Source: a virus (Duplodnaviria; Caudoviricetes). Taken from it: 57,427 nucleotides of DNA. The notes beneath the pieces were generated by a model. The model worked only from the letters and a program-made list of their open reading frames with translations. It was not told where the DNA came from and did not search any database. Both the position numbers and the translations under genes were made by a program. Of this stretch, positions 1 through 10,300 are shown one piece after another. Within the stretch, counting starts at the first letter, position 1; each line of letters opens with the position of its first letter. The stretch covers positions 1-57,427 of the IMG/VR virus record IMGVR_UViG_3300036671_000177; one strand, 5' to 3'.

Positions 1-18
1 CCTTTAGTGTTGGACTGA

Positions 19-1152
19 TTACTTCTTTAACGTAACCTTAGTCTTAGGATTCTTTGCATTCCACTTCTTAGCAAGAGCATTGTACTGTGCCTTATAAGTT
101 GCTGCTGCAAGATCTGTTGCTGCCTTATAAGTTGCTGCTGCAAGATCTGTTGCTGCCTTAGCAGATGCTGTTGCTGCAATCTTTTCTGTTACTGCATCTG
201 CAATTGCTTTTGCTGTTTCTGCTTTAGAAATTACAAGTGCTGCATCTGCTGCTAACTTAACTGAAACTGCTGTTGCCTCTGCTGCTGCTTTTGCAACTAA
301 ATTAGCATTAGTTAGTACAGCAACCTGTGCTGTCAATGCTGCGATCTGACTAGCAAGATCTGATACTGTAAATGTTGCAATTGCTGACTTGACTGCTACT
401 GGCAAACCAGTTGCTGTTGCTGCAATTGTTGCATCTGTTGCAACCACTGTAACTGAACCTGCAACTGCTGTAGCAAGTGTTCCTGTAGCAGAACCAAGGA
501 CTGTTACTGGAGTAACGCCTGCTGCTGAAGTGACTGCTGAAGTTGTAAGTGTCTTTGTAATTGAAGCATCAGAGAATGTTGCTCCAATCAATGTTACTGC
601 AACTGCTTCTGATGCAACGGGATTGCCGAATACATCTGTTGCTGATACATCAAATGTAGGAGTTGTTCCTACTGCTGTTGATGTTGGTACTGATAAAGCA
701 ATGTTTGCTGCTACTCCTGCTGTACCCTGAATATAAACGATTGTTGAATAGGCACCATTTGTAATGGTAACAGATCCAACTGTTGTTGATGTTGTGTAGG
801 CATAAACTGTCAATGCGGTTCCTGCCGATGTTGCTGAAGTAGATGTAACCCCTGAAGCAACTGTCTTTGGTGCATCTGTTGTATTAAGTGCAGTTACTAA
901 ACGAACTGCTCCTGATGCTGTAAATGTAACCACTGTTGCTGTATCTGCTGTTGCAGCAAGTGCAATAGTATTACCCGCAGCAATTACATTTGTTACTGGC
1001 ACTGCAACTGTTGAAGGCGCAAGTGCCGTTGTCGTGTTTGCTGCAGTTGCTACTGTAACAACTAACGGGGCTGCCGTTGCTGAAACTGTAGATAGACCTG
1101 TAATTGCTAGGGCTGCAGCGATAGCAATTGATATTTTCTTGAATGAATTCAT
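19..1152 (-). CDS. Secreted/surface Ala-Thr-Val-rich protein (S-layer-like or Ig-like), with signal peptide and C-terminal coiled coil
   Basis: The N-terminus MNSFKKISIAIAAALAITGLSTVSATA|AP looks like a Sec signal with an AxA site. The core is beta-rich (ATDVFGNPV is Ig-like). It ends in an Ala-rich coiled coil and a basic tail YNALAKKWNAKNPKTKVTLKK. An AAGGAG RBS lies upstream. Confidence 0.6.
   Translation of the reverse strand: MNSFKKISIAIAAALAITGLSTVSATAAPLVVTVATAANTTTALAPSTVAVPVTNVIAAGNTIALAATADTATVVTFTASGAVRLVTALNTTDAPKTVASGVTSTSATSAGTALTVYAYTTSTTVGSVTITNGAYSTIVYIQGTAGVAANIALSVPTSTAVGTTPTFDVSATDVFGNPVASEAVAVTLIGATFSDASITKTLTTSAVTSAAGVTPVTVLGSATGTLATAVAGSVTVVATDATIAATATGLPVAVKSAIATFTVSDLASQIAALTAQVAVLTNANLVAKAAAEATAVSVKLAADAALVISKAETAKAIADAVTEKIAATASAKAATDLAAATYKAATDLAAATYKAQYNALAKKWNAKNPKTKVTLKK
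88..160. repeat. 33-bp in-frame tandem repeat (~2.2 copies) encoding ATDLAAATYKA
   Basis: tgccttataagttgctgctgcaagatctgttgc occurs at 88-120 and 121-153, followed by tgcctta. Confidence 0.9.
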
Positions 1153-1169
1153 TCAGTATTTCTCCTTAT

Positions 1170-2951
1170 TTATAGTAGATTAAACCTATCCAGATAGTCT
1201 TTTACATCATCTGGCATAGGTTTAAAGTGTATCACATTACGATCAAGGCTGTCAACTTTCTTTGGCCTATCACTTATTGTATGAACCTCCACCACTTGGT
1301 TTTGATCCTTTGGGGTATGTGATATTGCCCCAAAGATAGCACCACAAACCGCATCAGCCAAATCTTTTGAAGATTTTCGTGGGTGGTCAACTCTATTATT
1401 TTTCATGATCTTTAGTTGTGTTAGTTCATCAAACAATAATTCTATTGCTGGCATAGCAACTCTTTCCTCATAAATAAGCATAGCCATATCCTCATAATGT
1501 TTTTTAGCAACAGAAACGGTATCAGTTCTTATGCCAACCTGCTTTAATTCATTTTGAATATCAAATGATTGCCAACGGTCAAAAGAAACCATGCCAATAT
1601 TAAATCCAAGCCTTCTTAAATTCTGAATCCACATTTTAACTTCTGATAAATTTACTGGTCCTTCAACCTTGGGTTCCCACCATGCTACTGCATCTACTAC
1701 TACAATAGGTGCTACTTGTTCATAATTATTAATTACTTGGATATTTACCCATTTATCAACATGAGCAATTGCAACTGCACATTTGTCATGCTTTTGTGCA
1801 AGGTCAGCGTGTACATAATAAACTTTGTCTGGGTCTGGCTTAAATGCTTCATCAAACCTTCTAAAATTATCTACTGGGTTTCGCAGTGTCATACAGGCTC
1901 TAACCTTTTCAGACTGCTTAAAGAATGCATCAGATGCAAATGTTGGAACACATGCAAATCTTTGCATAGCATCTCCAAGGTCATTAAGAAAAGCAATCTT
2001 AAAGTCATCAATCTTTCTTGTTGGGTTTACTTCCCATGTAGGTTTCTTTAATGCAAATACTCCAGGGTACTTATAAGACAACACATGGTCTTCATCCCAA
2101 GTAATATCAAAAGAGTTGTTAGGATCATCTTCAGGTAAAAGTGGGTTAATAATAAACTTATGGGTTCTTTCTACTACTTCTTTTTCTGCTATTACTGCAT
2201 CGTATCTTTGTGAGATAAAGTCTCCTGGATACCGTGGGAAAGACAGGAGAACTACTTTGCCAAGGTCAGGGAAACGAGAGTCAACTGAACCACGAAACGC
2301 TTTGTAGATGTTGTCAGCAGTTTTACCTTGCTCATTGCCAGTTCCAACCTCAGAGGCAAAGCCAGATATCTCATCAAGTACTGCAAGTAAAAGGTTTAAG
2401 CCTTCGTGTGATTCTCTTTCTGAGTGACCAGAGTAAACAGTAACAGACTTATCAAACTCTACAGAGTCTGCTTTTGCATTATACTTTCCAATAAACCAGG
2501 GGGAGTTTTCAATCTTTGTTTTAAATCCTTTAAAAAAAACATTCTTTGCTTGCTGAGCGTTAATGGCCACATTGATTAAGTCTATAGCGTCTCCAGATGG
2601 CTTTCCGAAGTATCTCGCAGGGTCTTTAAGACAAAGTAGTTTGTATACAATATAAGCGCAAGCCACAGTAGAGGTAAAGTCTTTACCGCTGCCTTTACCA
2701 AGTTGCAAGATGATCTCGTTCTTTGTATATTTTTCATAGTATCTTGCTCCTTTTTCTTCTCCCATAAGGTCAATTAAATCTTCTTTGCGATATATCTGGC
2801 TCATTGCCTCAACAATGTCATACTGAATATCTGACAATGCTGGCTGACCGAGATAATCTGGGGACTCAACAAATGTTTTTGTGTCTACTGGAATTTCTTC
2901 AAAATTATTATCTTTTAGTACCTCAAGAAACTCATTGAACCTCGTGGACAA
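1170..2951 (-). CDS. terL: Terminase large subunit
   Basis: Walker A LGKGSGKD, Walker B AVLDE, coupling motif LSFPR, RNase H-like nuclease motifs HADLA...D and DHP...SKDLADAV. Confidence 0.92.
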   Translation of the reverse strand: MSTRFNEFLEVLKDNNFEEIPVDTKTFVESPDYLGQPALSDIQYDIVEAMSQIYRKEDLIDLMGEEKGARYYEKYTKNEIILQLGKGSGKDFTSTVACAYIVYKLLCLKDPARYFGKPSGDAIDLINVAINAQQAKNVFFKGFKTKIENSPWFIGKYNAKADSVEFDKSVTVYSGHSERESHEGLNLLLAVLDEISGFASEVGTGNEQGKTADNIYKAFRGSVDSRFPDLGKVVLLSFPRYPGDFISQRYDAVIAEKEVVERTHKFIINPLLPEDDPNNSFDITWDEDHVLSYKYPGVFALKKPTWEVNPTRKIDDFKIAFLNDLGDAMQRFACVPTFASDAFFKQSEKVRACMTLRNPVDNFRRFDEAFKPDPDKVYYVHADLAQKHDKCAVAIAHVDKWVNIQVINNYEQVAPIVVVDAVAWWEPKVEGPVNLSEVKMWIQNLRRLGFNIGMVSFDRWQSFDIQNELKQVGIRTDTVSVAKKHYEDMAMLIYEERVAMPAIELLFDELTQLKIMKNNRVDHPRKSSKDLADAVCGAIFGAISHTPKDQNQVVEVHTISDRPKKVDSLDRNVIHFKPMPDDVKDYLDRFNLL

Positions 2952-3468
2952 CTGTAATCACCTCATTGTCTTTTGCAAATGAAGAAAGCCTACGCATAAT
3001 CTCATCACGAACCTGTGGATATTCTGATGCAATGTCTTTTAAAATAGATACTAAAATTTCTTGACGATTTTCAATCTCCATCATTTCATCTGCTAACTCT
3101 TTATTTTCAAGTAGCCCAGCCTTTTGAAGCATGTCAATTCTTTTAGACTCAATATCCATCACTAACTTAATTGCTGCTGTCTTTGCACTAAGATTATTTG
3201 TAAGTGATGCCTCATCCATTACTTCATAAGACTTTGATATAAGTTTACTGTAGTGTGCATCAGCACCAGATAGTGCTTCTTTAGCACGAGCACGGATAGC
3301 AGCATTGTTTGATGCACTTACTTTCCACTCATCAATATATGCAACAACTCTTTGTCTTGGTATTGCAAGTTCTTTTGATATTTGTGTTGGGTCATTGCCC
3401 TTTAGGTATTCTTCAACAACATTGTTGACTTGATCAAGATGCTTAATCATATCCTCTTCAGTTGTCAT
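2932..3468 (-). CDS. HTH DNA-binding protein, candidate terminase small subunit
   Basis: N-terminal HTH-like segment (PTQISKELAIPRQRVVAYI), helical remainder, and it overlaps the terL start. Confidence 0.5.
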   Translation of the reverse strand: MTTEEDMIKHLDQVNNVVEEYLKGNDPTQISKELAIPRQRVVAYIDEWKVSASNNAAIRARAKEALSGADAHYSKLISKSYEVMDEASLTNNLSAKTAAIKLVMDIESKRIDMLQKAGLLENKELADEMMEIENRQEILVSILKDIASEYPQVRDEIMRRLSSFAKDNEVITVVHEVQ

Positions 3469-3700
3469 GTTGTTCCTCTAATCTTTTAATCTCATCTTGT
3501 ATGTAAAAAATGGCTTTTTCAAGATCTTGAACTGTTTTTGACTCATCTTTAAGTCCTGCTCTCCAAAGATACTTGAATGCATTGCCAATATTGAAATTGC
3601 GATGACGAGTAATTTCAATGCACTCAATTCCAGATGGGTCTGAAGTGTAGTGTAGTGGATTGTTAACTTGATCAACTGTAATATTTAAGTTTTCACTCAT
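3458..3700 (-). CDS. DUF3310 / SaV-like (T7 gp1.7-like) protein
   Basis: VNNPLHY...IECIEI...FNIGNAFKYLWRAGLK...DLEKAIFY is the family signature. The start was placed at the ATG at 3700. Confidence 0.85.
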   Translation of the reverse strand: MSENLNITVDQVNNPLHYTSDPSGIECIEITRHRNFNIGNAFKYLWRAGLKDESKTVQDLEKAIFYIQDEIKRLEEQHDN

Positions 3701-3815
3701 CGTCTTCCTCCCAATCAAATGATTCTGGAATACCTTTTAGTGCAGCCAAAGCAAAGGTTATCCCTACTGCGCCAGCGATACCTACTGTAATAAATAATTT
3801 TTTAAATTTATTCAT
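3693..3815 (-). CDS. 40-aa single-pass membrane microprotein (not in the ORF track)
   Basis: Hand translation gives MNKFKKLFITVGIAGAVGITFALAALKGIPESFDWEEDDE*. It has an ATGA overlap with the upstream ORF and overlaps the downstream start. Confidence 0.7.
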   Translation of the reverse strand: MNKFKKLFITVGIAGAVGITFALAALKGIPESFDWEEDDE

Positions 3816-3967
3816 CGCTTTGACTTCCTTAATTTAAATTTAGCAAGATATACATAAATAGTTTCAATAGTGACTCCACACTCTTTGGCAATTTCTTCTG
3901 GAGATTTTTTATCTACCAGATATCTTTTACGCATAAAGGCTTCATTCATATACAGTTTAGCAGACAT
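3812..3967 (-). CDS. 51-aa small HTH protein (not in the ORF track)
   Basis: Hand translation gives MSAKLYMNEAFMRKRYLVDKKSPEEIAKECGVTIETIYVYLAKFKLRKSKR*, with a classic EEIAKECGVT..TI HTH. Confidence 0.75.
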   Translation of the reverse strand: MSAKLYMNEAFMRKRYLVDKKSPEEIAKECGVTIETIYVYLAKFKLRKSKR

Positions 3968-3971
3968 AGTC

Positions 3972-4559
3972 TTATTTGTCAATTCCAATTGCTTTGCTCC
4001 AATTTTTTATCGCCCAATGCCCAATGCCACAGGCATCTGCAACGTCGTTATCAGTAATAGCCTTATCATAATTAATATTAATAAAATTAATTGTTCTTTG
4101 CTTTCTTAGGTCTCTTTCGTAACTTTTGTACCAAGATTCAGATTTACCAGTGTGTTGGGACCTTATAAAAAGTTTTTCATCTTTTGATATTTTTTTATTA
4201 CCAATAAAGTTTTGCCAAGTTATTGGAGATACTTTTCCTATGGTAGAAATACCAGATTGTCCTGCAGCCCCTAACAGGGCACCTTGAACAAGTGCAAGAT
4301 CAGCAGCAGTCTTAGGGCTATTCATGAATACGGTATGCTCAATAACAATAGCATCTACATTTATAATATGCTCAAACAATCCCCTTGACTTTCTACCAGC
4401 GTCAATAACTTTTTGATAGATATCTTTTCCCTCAAAATTAATTTTTCCAACTTCTTTTAAAACACCTTTATAAAATGTTGCATAGGCTAGGCTATTGGTA
4501 CTAGCATCAATTGCACATATTCTTTCTGGAGTATTACTTGTTATGTTAGAAAGTTTCAT
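3972..4559 (-). CDS. RuvC-like Holliday junction resolvase
   Basis: ICAIDAS, AIVIE, VSPITWQ and DNDVADACGI match the RNase H-fold acidic residues. Confidence 0.8.
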   Translation of the reverse strand: MKLSNITSNTPERICAIDASTNSLAYATFYKGVLKEVGKINFEGKDIYQKVIDAGRKSRGLFEHIINVDAIVIEHTVFMNSPKTAADLALVQGALLGAAGQSGISTIGKVSPITWQNFIGNKKISKDEKLFIRSQHTGKSESWYKSYERDLRKQRTINFININYDKAITDNDVADACGIGHWAIKNWSKAIGIDK

Positions 4560-4831
4560 TTTAAATTATCCTTAATTATTTTTAATGCCCTTGTTACATC
4601 TGATGGATTTACTGAACAGTTGGAGCAAAGATTGTCATCATTATAAATAGATAAATCCTGGGAACAAGACTTGCACAATCTGTTTTTTCCTATTCTTTTT
4701 TGCCTTCTAGACATCAGGTACCTAGTAGCAATTTTTTCTTTGGTTGCTAGTTCCCTACAATCCGATGAACAGTATATCTGATAACTTATATCTGTTTGAA
4801 AGTTTTTATCACAAAATTGACAATGCTTCAT
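4556..4831 (-). CDS. Cys-rich zinc-binding hypothetical protein
   Basis: CQFC...YCSSDC...CKSC...CSNC. Confidence 0.6.
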   Translation of the reverse strand: MKHCQFCDKNFQTDISYQIYCSSDCRELATKEKIATRYLMSRRQKRIGKNRLCKSCSQDLSIYNDDNLCSNCSVNPSDVTRALKIIKDNLK

Positions 4832-5609
4832 CTATCGGCTCCATGGACTTTAGTTTAAAGTCTCCCTTACCAGCCTCTGCACATGCCTTTTTAATTGGAC
4901 ATGATTTGCAAATTTTTGAATTAGAGCGATAGTTCTTTTCGGGCAGAGTTCTATCGACCCATGCCTTACGAACTGATCTCATCCATTCAAACGTCTGGTC
5001 TACCCACCGACGATAATAATCATTTACTTCTACAGGAAGAACAAGTATGTCGTGATTGTTTTTATTTTCATAAATCAAGACTGCCTTTGCTTTCTTTAGA
5101 ATCTTCATATAAATCAATAACTGAACAAGGTGTCCAGTCTTAGGCTTCATATGTGCTTTACGATATTCAAAACCTTCATTCATCATTGTCTTGATTTCAC
5201 CAAGGAGTTCTTCTCCTTGCCAATTAACAATTACATCTCCATAACCAAAGATCGGAGGATCTGGATAGGTTATCTTAAATTCTGAATCAACTAAGAAGTC
5301 TGGAACATTTCCCATTGCTTCTTGAATTCTTTCGTGTGACTTTGTTCCAGCAGTCATATTAGCTGCTCCAAATGGAGTTGCGTCGTCTTCAAACATTTGT
5401 CCATCAAAGGCTAGATACCAATACCTTGGGCACTCTCCATGTCCGTAGGCAATAGTTGATGGAGCAAAAGTTTTCTTTTGAGTCTGCTTGTCAATACGGT
5501 TTACCGTATATCCAGACTGAATCTTTTCAACAAGCCCTGCTGCATCAATCGGATGGATTGGTGCCTTCTCTTGCTTTACCATAATTTGTTGCAATAAACT
5601 TTTTGTCAT
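4809..5609 (-). CDS. Cas4-like PD-(D/E)xK exonuclease
   Basis: ECPRYWY, GT.SH, GYGD, EIKT and QLLIY motifs, plus a C-terminal CKSCPIKKAC Fe-S cluster motif. Confidence 0.85.
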   Translation of the reverse strand: MTKSLLQQIMVKQEKAPIHPIDAAGLVEKIQSGYTVNRIDKQTQKKTFAPSTIAYGHGECPRYWYLAFDGQMFEDDATPFGAANMTAGTKSHERIQEAMGNVPDFLVDSEFKITYPDPPIFGYGDVIVNWQGEELLGEIKTMMNEGFEYRKAHMKPKTGHLVQLLIYMKILKKAKAVLIYENKNNHDILVLPVEVNDYYRRWVDQTFEWMRSVRKAWVDRTLPEKNYRSNSKICKSCPIKKACAEAGKGDFKLKSMEPIDEALSIL

Positions 5610-5644
5610 TTTATTCTCGTTTCTATTAGTATAAGTATAGCAGA

Positions 5645-5950
5645 CTATCTAGTTATGTACTTGAGTGCAGAGACTAAATTATTGATTGACTCTGCAGCAG
5701 TATAGTATAAATTTTTCTTTCCACGATCTGACTTGTCTACATTAGCCATCCATGTTGCTTTAAAAGCCATCTTTGCTGCGATTGCTTGTAGTCTTACAAT
5801 CTCTATATGTGCAACATTTATAGGAATGTCTGGTTTAATAATTAACTTAGCAATCATTGTCAGTGCCACTGTTAACTCTTCATCTTCCATATAGTCTGCA
5901 ATTTCTGACAAACCATTTACCATATCAATCGTTGTTGCCTGCTGTTCCAT
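5645..5950 (-). CDS. Hypothetical protein
   Basis: Helical 101-aa ORF abutting the upstream gene, with a GGAGG RBS. Confidence 0.6.
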   Translation of the reverse strand: MEQQATTIDMVNGLSEIADYMEDEELTVALTMIAKLIIKPDIPINVAHIEIVRLQAIAAKMAFKATWMANVDKSDRGKKNLYYTAAESINNLVSALKYITR

Positions 5951-6231
5951 TATTCCTCCACTAGATCTTCTAATATGCTCATCTCAATTATAGCAAGTCT
6001 AACCTTTGCGTTACCCTCGCCTATTACGACTACAATTGCTGGGTCTTTTCCATTCTTCATTGCATCAGTTGTAGCCTTGGCCCACACATCTTTGTTCAAT
6101 GTAAAGGACTTTCCCACTTCTTTAAAATCTACCACAAAGCTCTTCCAAGAAGCATCACCCTTTTGCATATTTCTGCCAGAATTTTTATGCTGCTTAGCAC
6201 CAATACGCTTTGACTCACTCTTCTCCGTCAT
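5950..6231 (-). CDS. Small PD-(D/E)xK nuclease, Holliday junction resolvase-like
   Basis: E...NSGR..KGDA....VVDFKE motif. The start is probably MTEKSE at 6231. Confidence 0.6.
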   Translation of the reverse strand: MTEKSESKRIGAKQHKNSGRNMQKGDASWKSFVVDFKEVGKSFTLNKDVWAKATTDAMKNGKDPAIVVVIGEGNAKVRLAIIEMSILEDLVEE

Positions 6232-6391
6232 TAGACTTCCACTTCTGCTTTCCAAATCTAACTTCGCTCAAGTGCTTTTCTTTGCACATCCAGGTTGCTA
6301 GTTTTTTCTCTGCATATAATCGTAAAGATCTAACCTCTGCCTTGCATTCATGGCAAACAAACTTTCCATAATATACTGTAAAACTATCCAT
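6215..6391 (-). CDS. 58-aa zinc-ribbon protein (not in the ORF track)
   Basis: Hand translation gives MDSFTVYYGKFVCHECKAEVRSLRLYAEKKLATWMCKEKHLSEVRFGKQKWKSNDGEE*, with CxxC...CxxxH. It fills the gap after recA. Confidence 0.7.
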   Translation of the reverse strand: MDSFTVYYGKFVCHECKAEVRSLRLYAEKKLATWMCKEKHLSEVRFGKQKWKSNDGEE

Positions 6392-7394
6392 TTAGTTTTG
6401 CCTTAATAGATTCCTGCAATTCAAGGTCCTCCCTTACACGATTAACGAATGCTTCTTTACCTTGTACTTTTGATCCATCAGGAAGTATGTACCAGGCACC
6501 AGTGCGCTCTACAATACCGTTTAATTCTGCGGTAGTAACCAAGTCGCCAATGGTATCAAGACCAATATTATCGCCTCTGAAATAAAAATCATACTCACCA
6601 GACTGAAACCCTGGAGAGGTTTTGGAGAATTGTAATTCCCACTTAATAGTTCTACCAACTTTTTCTTCAATTAGTTTATCTCCCACTTTAATTTTTCCTT
6701 TAATCGCTTGATTGTCTGATTCGGAACTAAACAATTTAACAATGCAAGAAGAGTAAAACTTAGTAGCCTGCCCACCAGAAGGCTGCTGGCTAGTATACAT
6801 AGCATTAATATTATTACGAGACTGAGAAATAAGAACAATAAGAGTTGGCTTAACTTTGTTATTAGCATAATTAAGCATCTTCCATGCGTTACTGAAGTCA
6901 CGGGATTCTGCTCCAATCTGTTTTGTATTTTCTAAAGCCTTCATCTCATCTGTATCTTTTTCAAAATATATTGCAGGAAGCATTGATGTAATAGAGTCTA
7001 CCACAATTAGGTCTACTCCTGCATTCATTAATCCAACACCTACATCAACCATGTCGCTAATAGTTCTTGCTTGTGAGTAAATTAGTTTTGTTGGATCTAC
7101 CCCCAAAGTTCTAGCCCAATCTTCTGAGTAAGACATCTCTGAATCAATCCAAGCACACAACTTTCCTTCTGCCTGTGCTAAAGCAATCATCTGAAGGCAC
7201 ATAGAGGACTTTGCAGAAGACTTTGATCCCCAGATAAGAACCTGTCTGCCATAAGGCAGTCCACCCCCTAAGGCACGGTTTAAGCCATAACTAGGTGTTG
7301 GCTGATATTCATAGTTAACGCCAACCCCAGTTCCAAGTCTTTTTCTTAACTTGGGATCAAGCTGTGCTAACGCTTCTTCTATGCTAACTGACAT
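6384..7394 (-). CDS. recA: RecA/UvsX-like recombinase
   Basis: LNRALGGGLPYGR, Walker A-like WGSKSSAKS, WIDSE, IVVDS, SGGQATKFYSS, GAWY and QGKE. The start is likely MSVSIEE. Confidence 0.92.
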   Translation of the reverse strand: MSVSIEEALAQLDPKLRKRLGTGVGVNYEYQPTPSYGLNRALGGGLPYGRQVLIWGSKSSAKSSMCLQMIALAQAEGKLCAWIDSEMSYSEDWARTLGVDPTKLIYSQARTISDMVDVGVGLMNAGVDLIVVDSITSMLPAIYFEKDTDEMKALENTKQIGAESRDFSNAWKMLNYANNKVKPTLIVLISQSRNNINAMYTSQQPSGGQATKFYSSCIVKLFSSESDNQAIKGKIKVGDKLIEEKVGRTIKWELQFSKTSPGFQSGEYDFYFRGDNIGLDTIGDLVTTAELNGIVERTGAWYILPDGSKVQGKEAFVNRVREDLELQESIKAKLNG

Positions 7395-10300
7395 GTACAT
7401 CCTCCAATGTAATCGTTCCATCTTTTGTTTTTCCAAAATCAAACTTATAAGATTTTCCTTCTTCTATGTGCATGTATGCTTTTGCAAAAGATGTGGAAAA
7501 TACTGTAATAGAATGAAGATCTCTGCTTGTATCTGCAAGAGTAAGTGATGCCATCTTTTTGCCAGCCTTGGTTACTCGTGGTTTAAATGATACTACAAAC
7601 ATTTCATCATCCTTGTATGGCAACTGCTTGTAACTTAAGAACTTAACGAGTGCATGAGAAGATTCTTTTATTTCATCAGAAGGTATAAAAGAAACAATTC
7701 TGTTATCATTGCAAAGAAGTAAATAAGAACGACCTGTTTCTATAGTTGTATTCTCATCATCGAATATACCAACACTACCAGTTTTATCTAAGACTTCAAC
7801 TCTTGACCAGCCTGGTCCTCTTTTAATTGCCTTTACCATGCCCATAAAAATATATGATCCTTTTTCCTCAAAGTCATCTATGTCTTGAATGAATGCATAG
7901 TAGTGAGAAGGTATTGTAATATTAAACTCTGGCAAATTTAAATATTCATAAAGATTTTCTTTAATCTCTTGGTCATTTCTAGGATTATCATTAAAGGTTG
8001 CAGCACCAATTACTCTTAGTGCTTGTAGTGCACGACTGTTTACTCCGTTACCCTTGGTAAATGTAAACTCTTCAAGTTCTTTGTACGAACTGAATGGTCG
8101 TGCTGCCATATATCTTTCACCAATTTTGTCAGATATGAACTTGATAGCACTGAGTCCAAACCGAATACCCTTACCCTCAATTTTAAAATCAATATCCGAA
8201 TCGTTAATGTGAGGTAACTTAATACTAATGCCCATTCTTTTTGCTTCAATAAGATATTCAGTTCTTGCATCTTTGTCCTTTTCATTTTTTAATAGTGAGT
8301 ACATAAATTCAATTGGATAATAATATTTTAGCCACGCCGTCCAATATGACAGTGTCGAATATGCTACTGCATGAGACTTATTAAATGAGTACCCTGCGTG
8401 AGCCTCAAAGTCATGCCATAGATCACGAGCAAGATTGGGAGAAATAAACTTAGATGCACCTACTACGAACTTTTCCTTAAACTGATCAAATTCCTTAGCA
8501 TCCTTCTTCTTGCCAATGATCTTTCTGACTTTATCCGCCTCAGACATTGACATACCTCCAAGTGACACGCATGCCTGCATAACTTGTTCTTGGTAAAGAA
8601 TACAACCATAAGTTTCCCCCGTAAATTCCTTCAAAATGGTGTGAGTATAGTCGATGTTTTGACGACCATGCTTTCGTTCAATATAATCTTTTCCAATTGT
8701 ATTCATAGCACCTGGACGAACCAGGGCGTTTGATGCTGCAAGTTCTGAAAGATTTTTTACACCCATCTTAACAAGAAGGTTTGTGTATGGTGCTGCTTCA
8801 CATTGGAACACCCCCTTTGTGTATCCATCAGACAACATCTGATAAACATTAGCATCATCCATCTTGATCTTAAGAAGATCAATCTTTTTACCATCTCGCT
8901 CTTTAATAATATCAATTGTGTTCTTAAGAACAGATAAAGTTTTAAGACCTAGAGCATCTATCTTAATTAGACCAATCTTTTCTGCTTCTTCCATGTCAAC
9001 ACCAACAACAGGGATTCTATTATCAGAACCTGTAGAAGATCTTGTTTCTAATGGAGCATACCTAAAGATGGGATCTTTGCTAGTAACAACACCTGCAGCA
9101 TGAATTCCAGTTCCACGAATTCGACCACGAAGTTGTTCTCCGTAGATCTCTACCTCTGGATACTTTTCTCTAAACTCTCTTGTTGACCTTGAACTACAGA
9201 AATCATCCCAAGAGTCTACAGTCTTTAGGACTTTGTTTACATCTGACAAAGGTATGTTTAATACTCTTGAAACATCTCTAACAATTCCCTTACCAGTAAA
9301 CTGCAAAAAGGTTGCAATAGATGCAACATGTCTATATTGTCTAACTAAATAATCTTTTACCTCTTCACGACGAGTGTCTTGAATATCTGTATCGATATCA
9401 GGAAAATCATTTCGATCAGGGTTAATAAATCTAAAGAACAAAAGGTTGTGTTCTATTGGATCGATGTCTGTAATTCTTAAAGCATAACAAACAAGAGAGC
9501 CAGCAGAAGATCCACGACCTGGACCTACCATAATATCTTCTTTCTTTGCCCAGTTGATCATGTTACTTACAACAAGAAAGTATGGTGCAAACTTCTTATC
9601 TTTAATAATTTTAAGTTCTACTTCAAGCCTATCAAGGTATTCTTGGTTTTCTGACAAACCTCGCTCAACCAAACCTTCCATAGCAATCTTTGCTAGTTCT
9701 TTATCTGGACTCTTGTATTGAACAGGAAGAAGGTCTAGTCCTTCTTGAATGTCATAGTCTTCTACTGTGTCTGCTAGTAATAGTGTGTTTGAATAGATGT
9801 CTTCTCTATCGATACCCTGTAATTTCATGGCTTCTTTAATCTCTTCATAAGAAAGAAGGTGAATGTCAAACTTATTAAAAGTAATCTGTCGATCTTCCCC
9901 GTAAAGATAATCAAGACGCTTCATCATCGTTGGTTGCTTCTTAGACTTCTCGTATGAGGTTTCTTTAATAACCTTTGCGTGAGTGTTCATCAGTAGCTTA
10001 AACTCTTGAATTTCAATTTGAGATTTGTCTGAATGGTGGCAGTCTGGAGTTACGATGACCTTGATTTTAAACTCATCTGCAAGTTCTATAAGATACTTAT
10101 TGATATGCGCTTCTGTGTGAGGCATAACCTCAATATAGTAGTCATCACCAAACCTTTCTTTAAACCAGTTTATATACTTTTTAGCAATAGCAAACTCTTC
10201 TTCTTCAAGTGCTTTTACTAATACGCTACTTGGACAAGCAGAAGAAACAATAATTCCTTCTTTGTACTTATCTAATATAGCAAAATCAAACCTTGGCTTT

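Noticed and set aside
4809-5609. Cas4-like gene as part of a CRISPR-Cas system
   Set aside because: No cas1/cas2 or array is present. Stand-alone Cas4-like nucleases are routine in phage recombination modules.
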